Assembly (NCBI GenBank): GCA_965644265.1
Contig: OZ286461.1
Location: forward strand, 108,872,001 to 108,936,000
DNA from: Glycera tridactyla
Lineage: Eukaryota
DNA: 64,000 nucleotides
Direction: 5' to 3'
The position numbers and the translations under genes were made by a program. Below the pieces are notes generated by a model, which saw only the letters and a list, made by a program, of their open reading frames with translations, did not search any database and was not told the origin of the DNA. This document shows positions 1 through 12,175 of the stretch, piece by piece (the first letter of the stretch is position 1; every line of letters begins with the position of its first letter).

Positions 1-12
1 ACAGCGGCAGTT

Positions 13-585
13 TTAAGTTGAGCTTCCACTCGGAATTTTGCTTAGGAAGGTTCTAAGCTCTTGTTCATTCCTGATCAGTGTGCCCTTGGCACCTTTTTCT
101 ATGGCGACGTATACCTGACCTCTAAAGGTCCACGTTCTAGCAAGCTTTTTGCCTACTCCTCTATTTGAACGTGCATTATAAAATAGCTGGGAGTTTGCTC
201 GGGATAGATATTCACTAATATAAACATTACGCTTGGTTTTGATTAGCTGGAACCTAGATTGATAGATTCTCATGCTAACACTGGCATAGACAAATTCAAC
301 TAGTATTGGCCTAGGGCGTCCATTTCCTCTAACTACACCCACTCGTCGGGCATTCTCAATCTCACCTAGTTTGATCTCAGGAGTGATACTGCCTTTGAGA
401 AATTGCACAAGATGTTCAGGGGTGTTTTCTGCCGCCGCTTCATCAATACCTTCGAATATCAGATATCTCAGGTTGCTATTTGATTCAATCTGATTTATCT
501 TATCTTGTAGTTCCTGAAATTTCACATCAGAGACACCAGCATCAGGTATTGGTCTCGTCTGCACAATCTCTAGTTCAGATTTCAT
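13..585 (-). mobile_element. Non-LTR retrotransposon ORF1-like protein (L1-type RRM/CTD as in CR1/L2-group ORF1)
   Basis: 190-aa ORF with a coiled-coil-like start and motifs YLIFEGIDE, IENARRVG, RPRPILVEF, VYISEYLS, WTFRGQVYV. Any ORF2 would lie left of the window. Confidence 0.75.
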
Positions 586-1039
586 TTCATTCCATCATCA
601 TGACATCACAGTTGGTCCTTAAAGACTGAATGAGAGGATGAGTCCAAGGGAGTGTGCTCTCCCAGTTAATTTGATGTGTGCTCTTAAAAGTGGTGCTTAC
701 ACATGCATCACCATAATACTGTCAAGTGATCCATCTTTAATACACCCCTCTGCCATTGGCAACTAATGTTGGAGTTGATCGAATTAGAATAGATATTTAG
801 AAATTTAGCGATGGTCAGGCATCTCATCTTGACCTATTTCTTTTATTGACTTTCTGTCATTTTTATACCCCGCTCTTGAAAAAGCGGGGTATTATAGTTT
901 CACCTCTGGCGTTCATGCGTACGTACGTACGTACGTACGTACGTACGTACGTACGTACGTATGTACGTCCGCTCACATTTCATGCAATAACTTTGTATTG
1001 GCTGGTCCAATTTTCATAAAACTTCATAGCTGTGATCTA

Positions 1040-1980
1040 TGTAAAAATCGTATTCCAGAATTTGATTTTTGTACCCAAAGGTCAAAGGTCAAGGTCAAAG
1101 GAGCTATTTATTGATTTTCTTATTTTACACTCTAACTCAAGCTAGCCTCAATGGATATGCACCAAACTCACACAAAGTGATGACCCGATGGTGGACCAAC
1201 TCCCTTTTGATGCATGTGACCCTAGGTCAAAGGTCAAGGTCACAGGAGCTATTTATAGATTTTCTCAATTTACACGCTAACTCAAGCTAGCCCCAATGGA
1301 TATGCACCAAACTTACACAAAGTAATGACCCAATGGTGGGCCACCTCCCTTTCTTTGCATGGGACCCTAGGTCAAAGGTCAAGGTCACAGCAGCTATTTA
1401 TAGATTTTCTTATTTTATGCTCTAACTCAGGCTAGCCTCAATGGATATGCACCAGACTTACACAAAGTAATGACCCAATGGTGGGCCACCTCCTTTTTGT
1501 TGCATGTGACCCTAGGTCAAAGGTCAGGGTCAAAGGAGCTATTTATAGATTTTCTCATTTTACCCTCTAACTCAAGCTAGCTTCAATGGATATGCACCAG
1601 ACTTACCCAAAGTGATGACGTCATGGTAGGCCACTTCTTGTTTGATGCATTTGACCCTGGGTCAAAGGTCAAGGTCACATGAGTTATCTATAGATTTTCT
1701 TGTTTTACACTCTAACTCAAACTAGCATTGATGGATATGCACCAAACTTACCCAAGTGATGACCCGATGGTGGACCAATTCCCTTTCGATGCATGTGACC
1801 CTAGGTCAAAAGTCAAGGTCACAGGAGCTATTTGTCAATTTCTGCATCTCACATAATCAATAAATCAGGCTAGCATTGTTGGATGAAGGTCAAACTGATC
1901 TGGGATGATCGAGCAATGTTACAACATCTCTCTTACGTTGCATGTGACCTTAAGTCATAGGTCGAGGTGAAGGTTTTAGG
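1040..1980. repeat. about 6 tandem copies of a 145-bp unit
   Basis: Anchor spacing 145, 145, 145, 145, 144. Confidence 0.92.
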
Positions 1981-2061
1981 TGCTACTGTTAATTATTCTT
2001 ATTCTACACAGTGATCCAGTGACTCATTACATGGCCAACCAAACATCTCAATGACCTTTTC

Positions 2062-2123
2062 CGATGTGGGTTACCCACTGTGCTCCCATGTGCGATATGG
2101 GTTACCCACTGTGCTCCCATGTG
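2062..2123. repeat. 31-bp tandem duplication
   Basis: cgat(g/a)tgggttacccactgtgctcccatgtg x2. Confidence 0.9.
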
Positions 2124-2751
2124 TGGGGTATCTTGCCCCTCTGTGGCCTTGTTTTTCTTGTGGTTTTGCGAAGAATAAATTTTGACCAAATCACTTAAAT
2201 TCACCATTTTGACCATCATAACTGATCAGTCAGACTCAAGCAACAATTTAATTATTCCAACCATATTTCAGAGCATTTTAAATTTTTGATACTCAAAAGT
2301 TGAATCAGAATGCAAAATGTGCTATCCTAGGAGGTCACTGTCTGTAAGTTGCTGTTGCAGTTAAGGGCCAGAAATGGTTAAGTTTGGAGTAATGTTTGAA
2401 GTTTGAGTGTTGATCTGGCAACAGATATGTTTACACCCGGGGTTGCCATGGTATCATATAATCAATACCCGGGACTCTTCCCAGTTTGGCTATTAGTGCA
2501 TTTTTACATAATTGATGTTATCGGCACACTTACTATGGGGAATGATGGGGTAAACAAGACACAATCTATACAGAGATTTTGAAATCAATCTTTGGGCATG
2601 TAGGAACAGGTCAGAATAAGCCAGTCATATGACTCAACCCACTGCATCCATGAGGCTATAAAATCTGATATATGCGAGGGATATAAAGGTGATGGATGCT
2701 CTATGAGCACATGCTTGCATCATGCATGCATGCACGCATGCACACACACTC

Positions 2752-2756
2752 ACATA

Positions 2757-2801
<45 letters not shown>
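2752..2801. repeat. (CA)n microsatellite
   Basis: About 20 uninterrupted CA units from 2761. Confidence 0.95.
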
Positions 2802-2802
<1 letters not shown>

Positions 2803-2984
2803 AGGGCTCTACATTGGCCAAAGTATTCAGGAGCCAGGTGGCTCCTAAGTAGAAAGTTTTCGTAGCAAGTGCAAACTTTTGGTAGCCAGTAAACACATTT
2901 CTAATTACAACCTTTAGAAATATGGTAGCCAGAGGGTAAATTAGGTACCAATTGGCTACCCACAGGTAGCAACGTAGAGCCCTG
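2802..2984. mobile_element. hAT-like MITE, 11-bp TIR CAGGGCTCTAC
   Basis: cagggctctac at 2802 and gtagagccctg ending 2984; related right ends near 6690, 13173 and 33915. Confidence 0.65.
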
Positions 2985-3414
2985 CACACAGTGAAACCTA
3001 CACAGGCCACCTTTATTCAAGACCATTTTTATGCAAGTGAGATGGATTTGTAGAGAAGTTCAACTGTATGTTGCGCAACAACTCAGCCTGTCCTGTTAAT
3101 TGATGCAATTCCAATAAATATTTCAGTCAGTCCATCGATCAATCACTGGTAATTTCCATAATGTTTGTCTCTGTCTTGCATGGAAAACTTGTGCAATCAC
3201 AGCTGTAACATGGAGTTTGGGCTTCAAACATTGAACATTTCATACATTAAATGCAAAGTTGTTCAAGGACACAACCAACAGTAGATGCATGAAAGTGAAT
3301 GGAAGTTGCATCACACGCAATCATCAGCTGATATGCACGCATGATATTGTCTGGTTTGCATCAAACCAGCTGCAACCTTCACCTCAACACTACTATAATG
3401 TTGAATATCAAAGA

Positions 3415-3685
3415 AAACTTTGTTTCATGTTATACCATTGAAATGTACAAATTGCATTTTCAGAAATCATCTGATTTCTTGTGGATTTCAACCTCGGATC
3501 GCCAGCATAGCACCAACCACCCTAACCTGTGGCGGAGCAAGCTGTCTTGTACATTGAGCTATGTGGATTGCTCCAAAATTGAGCAGTCATACACTTCGGC
3601 CAGGAGCACATTCCACTCCCCACAGACACCCAGAGACCCAGTTGACCATTTGGTCGTACTCATGTTCAAGCTGTTTTTGTGAAAG
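3415..3685 (-). repeat. Dispersed ~300-bp repeat with tRNA-like A/B boxes (copy 1)
   Basis: Aligns by eye with 26345-26640; the minus strand reads TAGCTCAATGT...GGTTGAAATCC. Confidence 0.65.
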
Positions 3686-6600
3686 TGTTATGCAATACTA
3701 CTCAAAAGTTGCTGGAAATCATTCAGTTGATGATTTAAGAATGAGGGAGGCTTGGGGGCTTCAAGCCAATTGGGAGTCAAAATGCTCCTGAAATCACCAT
3801 GAGTCCGTATCGAGTGAACCAATCTTGAGAGATTTTCAGAAATACCCCTGTTCCTCAAACTTCAGGATGGAATTTTGGAAAGCCTGGATTTCACTCTCTA
3901 TGTCCACATGCTGTTTGGGTTTAATTGCTTATTATAGGTCATATGAGGAGGGTTGCTGTGCATTTCAAAGACAAAGAATGTCACTAATTAGGACATTACC
4001 ATTCTGGGACAACAAAATGGGTCAACATAACAAAGCGTCTTTCCAATCCGCAAAACAAGTTCAGTCATGTCTGCTCTGTGTGTTTTACGGCCTCGGTGGT
4101 GATGTTTGAATTGTCCTCCTGTGCATATTATGCATTTTCATCACTCATCAAACAGAAGTTGTCACCATATTTTGTTAATATTTGTCTAATAGTGTTGGGA
4201 AGTGTGTGTAAATTGACATGGACAGGTGTGGTGTTGATTATTGAATTTTAATAACTAGGGATTTGGTTTGAAGCAGGATTGATTTTTGGTTGTTTTTATG
4301 TTTGCTGGTTGTTGACACATCAAAGTGGCCACATTAATTGTGTTTGGCTGGATTGAGATCAGTGGGAAAGGCTTGTCCTCGTAATCCTGCATTAGCTCCC
4401 ATGATCAATTTCTTTCTTTTTTTCTGACAAAATTTTTGATGCATTTTGTGCATATTTGATGCCTGGAAAGGAACTTGTACTGATACATGAATATTCATGC
4501 AAGAATCCAACTTAGGCCCATTGTGATTCATCTTGAAATTTTTCGATCGAAAAAATGTCAGGCAGAATCAATGTATGTATATATAAGTGCTTCACTGAGA
4601 GATCATTCCTTGGTTATTGCTAGTGAACAACCTCCTTCTGACTGAGAATCTTCTCAGCTTTGTGTATTTCCATCTGCATTAAAGGATTCCTGGTTGTGGT
4701 AATCATGTTTCATCTATTCTAAAGGTGGAACAAAATACAGGGCGTCATTTCATATAGATGGCAGGTCTTACCTCTCTGTTTGAATTGTTACCATAGAAAT
4801 ATGTAAGGTGATTCATCCTTCATCCCAAGCAGGTCCTAATGATTGAACTAATTCTTTGATCAACATATTCTGTCAGTGGATTTGGTTCGTCACACCAAGG
4901 GTGATGAGTGTATAACCTCTCTTTATAGCATTTCATGGGTGATTCATCAGTTAAAAAATCATATGTTTCTGATACTGAAGATTTGCTAGAAATTCTTGGT
5001 GATACATCCTATCCTACATATATGTGGTTTTTTTATTCATGCTTGCTTTGGTTGCCGAGGTTTTCAGGGGAAATCTGGATTTTGACCATTTAGTGCATTT
5101 TAGCTTTGGATCTGATGATCCTGGATGTTTTCTTCTCTTATCAATTTGTCTTATATTTTGTGGAAGCTCTCAGTTCATCCATAAACTTTATTTATGTATC
5201 CTACCATCATAGAGAAATCAGCTTTACCCTATGGATATCGAGGATGCTTATGAGTTTCTAATTCTTCTGTGGTGGGCAGGGTGACATAGGGTATAGATGA
5301 GTACATACAGCTCGAAACTGTTCCATTTCTCCTTTGTGGATATTCAAGGCCTGTCCAGTTTCATACTGAGTCCACGATAAACAGCCCCTTATCCTGAGCA
5401 GCTTCTCTTGGCATATATCACTGAGGTTTTTTACTGCATATCACCTCTCTTGAGAAACCACCTGTCTCAATTGACAGCTTTCACGTTTGTGACTTTAGAG
5501 CTTTCCCTAAAATGATTGAACGGCCACCTGTCTTGCACAACCACTTTTTGCTGTTGTCTGCTTGGAATAAGTTCCGCTGTATTTGTTTTTACAGCTATGA
5601 CTATGAACTCTCTACCGTCTATGTAGATCATCTCCATAATCAAAGAAAGCCGTTGTTCTATGAATATATCAATACATTTATTGTATTATCCTTATGAATA
5701 ATTTGTTACTTTAATGAAATGGCTGGGAATTCAAGTTTACTTCTGTACACAGATTCACGCTGATTTAGTGTTTGGAGAGCAATTGATGAGATGATGTGAT
5801 TATGATTAGGTACGTACTGGATGATGACAGGGTTATGGGGTTTGAGCTTGTGACTGAGCTGTGACCTCATTATAGCACATACTGAGTTTAACATCATTAA
5901 AACTGCCACTCATCAGTTCTGTGCCTTCAAAATGGAGAATGGCGTGCAATAGACACGTTTGTGCACACCTGCCAAAGATCTCACATCCTAAGTTTGCAAC
6001 CTTCTCTAATGGTCCAATGATGATTGAATTAATATTCGTCAAACACATGGTGCCACTGCAAATTGGGACAGAGTCATGGACTTTTCTGCTTGAGTCTGAA
6101 TGTACTTGAAGCATTCATAGGTGTCCAAAGTTGCCCCGCTATGTATTGAAGCCCTCCGGCACATAGTGTAGGACATATAATAAGACTGACTTCCAATATG
6201 GCAGATATTGTACTCAGCTGTAGCAGTGTTGTGGTGTAAGCATGGCTCCAGTACTGCTAGATTTGCTGGGAGGAATCAGGGGTGATTTGATTGCTAAGCA
6301 TCTGCCAATGCTGAAGTTGCCAATGGAATTACCATGGCAACATACATGATGCAGTCACTGACCAGCAGCTGTCAGCCTGGATGATTGAGGCAGGGTACTG
6401 AACATTGTGATAAGCCTATCCTGACTAGTATTGCATACATCCAGCATTCTACCAATCATCTACCTGGTGTCTTGTGTTTGTTGATTTGTCTACATGATGT
6501 GTTTGTTTCTGTTGATACTCACAACATCCAAGGTCAGCGTTCAATGTCACGGATTTGACCTCTGGCGACAATATTTTAAAAGTTAGTATCCAAATGTCCC

Positions 6601-6749
6601 TAAAATTTTGCCTGCCTAGCAGCATTTGGCAATGGCTACCAGAAATATCAACTTGGGGTCAAGCTTGCTCCTAAAAACGTTGTCCAACATAGAGCCCTCG
6701 AGGTCCATCACAAATCTGAACGTGCATCTCATGTCCAAATCTCAGAACT

Positions 6750-7350
6750 CTCCTCTTTGAGACATCTTGAAACAATGAAAAATATTCACTGTGAAACTAA
6801 TTTTATTGATACTCCATAGCAGTAGGAACTTCTGTGTTGAGATAGTGTCTAGTTTTCATACGACTTCAAATAAAAATATTCAAGGATGACATTCCTTGAC
6901 AGGATTTGATCAATTAGTTTATTCCTGGTTTGCATTCAAGGTTGCTTTATATTAATAATGTGCATTGCACAGGCTAAAGATCCATGAAAGAAATACGGAG
7001 TGGACCTACTCCAAGAAAATCAACGGATTTCTGAGAATGTAATTTCCACATTCCAATGCTGTTTGAAAGAGTGAAATATGGTTTCATTCTAACATGAACA
7101 TACATTCACACATAACAGGCTCTGCCATGCTAGTACAACTTTGTCAAGGTTTTTTGAGATATAGGAACCTGAAATATGACATATCATGTAATTGAAGTAC
7201 TTTTTCAGAGTAAACATTTTGGGTTGAATATTTAGAGGGAGTGCAAATATTGGCCTATTCGTGGTCCTGTACTGTAATCATCATGTTGTTAGCTGTTTCC
7301 AGACTGGATGTTTTCTGGAATTGTGTATGAAATCACAGTCCATCTAATAT
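6750..7350 (-). mobile_element. Heavily decayed LINE ORF2 C-terminus (L1/Tx1-like zinc-binding region)
   Basis: Minus frame near 7070-7110 reads CSC*NETIFHSF, resembling CxxC..ETxxHLF; many stops. Confidence 0.3.
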
Positions 7351-7597
7351 GCACTGATGGTCTACTAGAAATTCTACTGGCGGAGATAAACTGCCCAAAA
7401 AGGAAAAATAACTTTAATCAAACAAATCAGTGATTTCTGCACAATTTGAATTGTTGGTTTGCCAGAAGTTTTGCAATAATTTTGAGTGCAACCTGTCTCC
7501 ATGAACTGAGCATTTGATCAGCAGTAGACAAACTCAACCTGTGCTAGTTTTGTGACGTTTCATGGAGCATTTATATAGAAGAAGATGGACTTACGTC

Positions 7598-8344
7598 CAG
7601 TGGCGGATCCAGGGGGGGGGGGGGGGGGGGGTGCACCCTTTTATTACCCCGAAGATGACCATCCATTCAGGCTGTGCTGGAAAAGTTGCCCATGAGATAA
7701 AGTCTGATTCGGTCTGACATAGTCATAAGTATCAAACATACCAGCCTCACTAACTTGATGCCGGAGTCTGCTACACCGAAGCAACTTTATATGAAACAGC
7801 TGGCTGATAAGCTGACCAGTGAGGATGAGGGTGGGTAACCCGAGATAATCACTTCCAGGTGGCGGCTGGCCCCTGTCATCTATACCAATCTCACCCCATC
7901 CTCCTTCACTTCAAGATTGACCACCGATTAGACAACGAGTTGACACTCCCAGATACTGTTGGAAGATGGGCATCAAACAAATTGTAGGTATAACAGTCTT
8001 TCATTGAAATTATGATAAGTGTATTTTCAGGATGTATGAGGCAGTTTTTTGATATGATATGAAATTTGATATGATGATTTCAAATGGGTATCTAAATGAG
8101 ATTTGCTATAAAAAAAAAGGGGGGGGGGGGGTCAACCTGCTTGTTTTTCAGTTGAAATTATTACCACGGTCGCAGTTGAGGCGGTCTTTATAGGGGAGTG
8201 GTCTTTATAGGGAGATGGTCTTTAGAGAAGGTTCGACTGTATATATATATAATCGTTCATTTCTTTCAACACCCCCCCCCCCACAACTGCCCGACACGCG
8301 TCTGCGCCCCCCCCCCCTTTCCAAAAATCCTGGATCCGCCACTG
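7598..8344. mobile_element. hAT-like non-autonomous TIR element
   Basis: Perfect 16-bp TIR CAGTGGCGGATCCAGG / CCTGGATCCGCCACTG; flanks cttacgtc and cttacggt (imperfect 8-bp TSD). Confidence 0.75.
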
Positions 8345-8988
8345 CTTACGGTGGGTCTAGTGAAATAGATATTTGAGATCATTTTTCAATGATTCACTGT
8401 GGAACATATAGGACAGGATACCTTTCGTGCGCTGTCGAGCGATATCTTCATTGGTCGATTGAATGTTTATCAGCACTGGCAGGCCATTTTCATAGTTGTC
8501 ATGCCAGTGTTAATCATGGAATACATCACCTCAAGATCCACTGAAAGCATGACACAATTGTATTCAATAGCAACTTGTTTGAAATATTCATTCAAATATT
8601 CATTTTCTGGTGGGACAATGGCAGCATTACCAAACTTCATGAAGATTTATTTCTCGTTAAGACCTTGGATGTGTGTGTGTAGGTGTGCGTTTTTCTGTTA
8701 ACTTGTGTTAAGCACCTTGGCGTGCTGTGTTTTTTGTCTTTTTGCATGTCATGTTCCTGCCTCTTTTGAACAAATTGACTTCTCCCTCCACCACAACCCT
8801 GCACCTTTCTCTCGGCTGACCTACAGAATACACCAGGGCAGGTAGGTCATAAGGTCAAGGTCATATGCAACCCTTTTCTGATCTGGTTACTATGGTTACT
8901 AATCCTGTTAGAGGTCGTTGGTTCTATTTAGGCTCCTATTCATACTAATCAACTTTAATCAACAAAATGGTGACTGTTGACAACATTG

Positions 8989-9002
8989 GTTACCAGGGTA
9001 AC
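8989..9002. promoter_or_regulatory. RFX X-box-like palindrome
   Basis: GTTACCAGGGTAAC; motif match only. Confidence 0.3.
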
Positions 9003-9795
9003 AGCAGCAACTGACTTATTATATTTTAGACTTCATCTTTTTTGACATATTTGCAGGACATGAATGGTCATATTTTCTCCACATCAAGCTCGGCACTTAC
9101 TATTGTTCACCTCATGAAAGCATATAGTGAAAATTTCTTCATAAAATTCCACCTTCATATCCACTTACATGGAATTTTTATAATTTGTTAGAAATAAAAA
9201 TGTAAGCTCAAATTGTGTAGCAGATCATTGAATTCATTTCCATAAAGAAATACATATCTGCATTTGGGTTTTACCTAGGACAAAACCAATGTGTATATAA
9301 ATGGTTCTCTGACCAAATCCAGGGTGTTCTTTTTTCCAAATTTCAACCTCCTTGTGAGTGGGATACTAAAAATTGTGAAGAAAATCCCATCTCTCAGACA
9401 TAAGATTGGCTGGTAATGCACACCCATCAAAACATTCTCGTGAAAGAGTTTTAAAGAATATGGTGTGAGGCAATGGGAAATGATCAACTTCTATCTTAGG
9501 AAATAATTTATTATAGCATGAACTTACTATTTTTGTCATGAGGTATTGATAATATGATATGAATGGCAAGTTCACAGGTATGCATCATCATTCATTGAGT
9601 CAAAATCTTGAAATTTAATTTAAATTGTTTTCTCCTTCATTGGATTCTTCTCGTGTGATCTGAGTCAGTTATGATGTTACCCCTGGTACTGCATGTTAGG
9701 CACATAAAGGGAAAACTTGTCTAGTAGAAGCTTGGCTTTGTAGGTCATTAGAAAATACTAGTTACTAAAATTTAGTAAATCGTTGGTGACAAATA

Positions 9796-9897
9796 CAGTT
9801 GGACCTGATATAAAGGGCACCTGTATTAAGCAACCGCCTGCCTCAAGCAACCACTTTTCACTGTCCCAAGGGTGGTTGCTGAATACAGGTTTGACTG
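9796..9897. mobile_element. TA-flanked MITE (CAGT..AACC TIR family)
   Basis: ta|cagttggacc ... ggtttgactg|ta. Confidence 0.65.
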
Positions 9898-12175
9898 TAT
9901 GACAAAATTATAAGGATTATCCACTTGTTTTCATCACCTGTTTCAGATAGGTTTTCCTGTTTGTATATCACATCAATATTCACATTGTGTGTTCTCACTT
10001 GTTGATGATGTTCTCTTTCAGATCTTGATCTATGCCTGCCTGTCATGATGATAATTGATGAGATTTTCAATTGTAGGATTGTGAAAAGTAAAACTTCTGA
10101 GCCATGTCTCGGTCACTTACTGCATATATCCAAAGCAGAAGCCCATCTTGCAGGTTCCATCACTTCATTCACTCTGATTCCCTTATATTTGACATTCCGA
10201 CCTTTCACTCATGCTGAGTCTCCTCTCGTAGAATCATTGCCTTGCCTTGTCCATTTGTGGGGATTTTCATACTTAGAATTCATCACTCCATTTCAATATG
10301 ATAGTGCTACCACATAAGATTTGACATGCTGAGAAATATCATGTGTGACCATGCCACTTGGATATGAAGATTTCATCTGATGAATCTTCATTTGCGCATC
10401 AGGAACACTCACAAACTGTTCTAGATTTAAGTTCAGTTCGCTCTGTTTATTAGCCATGAATTTGATGATTTTTCATTGCTCCAGTGGGACAGTGAAATGA
10501 TGTAATCCACTGTTCCAACCTTGATTTCACTGATATATTAGTACTGACAGGCAGGTGTTGAATTTACACACTCTGAATCAGTCAATCAGTGAGTTATAGT
10601 TTCAGTTTTGATGGTTAACAATTGATGGAGTCCAACCCGAGCCATTTGTTCATACATGAGACCCCATTACATCAACATCGTAGTTCATTAGTATACCATG
10701 ATACTTCATCACTCAGGTATAGATTAATGCGCCAGGGGTGGTTATGCCATTACTGGGGTAAGTTTACCAGACTGCAGACTTGTTTGCACTCACCACTTGT
10801 TCATGTAATTTGCTGTAATTTTCGTCACACTAAGGGGGTGGCTTTCCTGTTTTTCTGCCTTTATACATTCTGGGTTCTAGACAACCTTCATCGCCTCAAC
10901 TCCAGATCATCAGATTCTCTGGCAGGTGAATGGGCCCTAATGACCCATAATCTAGGAGTATCATGGGTCATTTCTTAGAATGACGGGTCATCCTTGGTTG
11001 ATGTCGATGGAAATGCTTGGTCTGCCATTCAATAGTAGGAGATATTAATGAGCGAAAAATGTGGCTGTGTGAGTCGAGGAACCCTCGGCTTCCTATTACC
11101 CTGAAGATCTGCTACTCACATAGTCAGCTTGAAGATTGCCATCATTTCAAATAGATAACGCTTTTGATGAGCGTGAATATAATGATCGAATTCTACCTTG
11201 TGACAAGAGCGCCTCTGCTGTATATATTCTTTTGTTTGGATTATCTTAGGAGCATAGTGCATCGAGCATCAAAGTTATTAATGACCATAGAAAGTTGTGG
11301 TCGGTTTGGTCGAAAGCATCCTATATTTCGAAGGTTCTTCAGATGGGTCAGTATATGGTACTGGGCAGGTATGAAGCAAATTCATGAATTATGGAAATTA
11401 TGACTTGGAATAGGTTTGACTTTCATGTGCTGCAAGCAAGCAGGATGCCATCATTCTTATTTCATATAGGGCACGGTCATCAGACAGTTGTGTTTTTGGA
11501 AACTCTGTAAAAGATCAGGTAGTTTTTGCCATGGCCAGAATGGAGACAGTTTGGAGACAAGTGAAGTCAGTGAGCACTTCTTCCAAGCTCCAGTATGTAC
11601 CGGTATTTGATATTATGCTGTAACATGTATTAGGCTAGGTAACTTTTTGATGTTAGGTGAACTGTGAGGATAGGAAGGTGAGATGGGGACATGTGTATGA
11701 ATTGATCGGACTAGATACTGGTTGATCCGCCAGCACTTGGTTTTTCATGGCGGTATCACATATGCGAGAAACATGCATCATCATACTGATGCAAGATTCA
11801 ACTTGTGAACTTTTGATCCCTCTAGCTTCTTATTCTATGCAGTGTTTTCTACCATCTGTGTACATATGTACTCATGCTCTTGATTTGACTATTCTGTGTC
11901 AAATTATACAGTTGGGTAGGTGGTTGGCCCTGAAGTCATCATCTCAAATCAGAGAAATATATACCCAGGAGATATTGTATTCATCTCTTGTTTTCAAGAA
12001 TTCTTAACATAAACATTTGATTTCGGATGCATTGAAGATATGTATCAGAAACTGAAATGTTGAGCATACAGACTCCCTGACATCAGCTATGATACTCAGC
12101 AGCCAAATGTTCTAGCACACATTCTCTTCCCCCCCCCCCCCCCCCCCCCCCCTCCACACACGCACACACATTTTT

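Larger units (their letters stand above)
861..2156 (+). mobile_element. Helentron-associated non-autonomous element (DINE-1/HINE-like) with 145-bp internal tandem array
   Basis: 5' hairpin ATACCCCGCT(865-874)/AGCGGGGTAT(883-892); (CGTA)11 at 918-961; ggtcaaaggtcaaggtca units at 1080, 1225, 1370, 1515, 1660, 1804; 3' subterminal GTGGGGTAT near 2123-2131; terminal cttgttttt. Confidence 0.8.
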
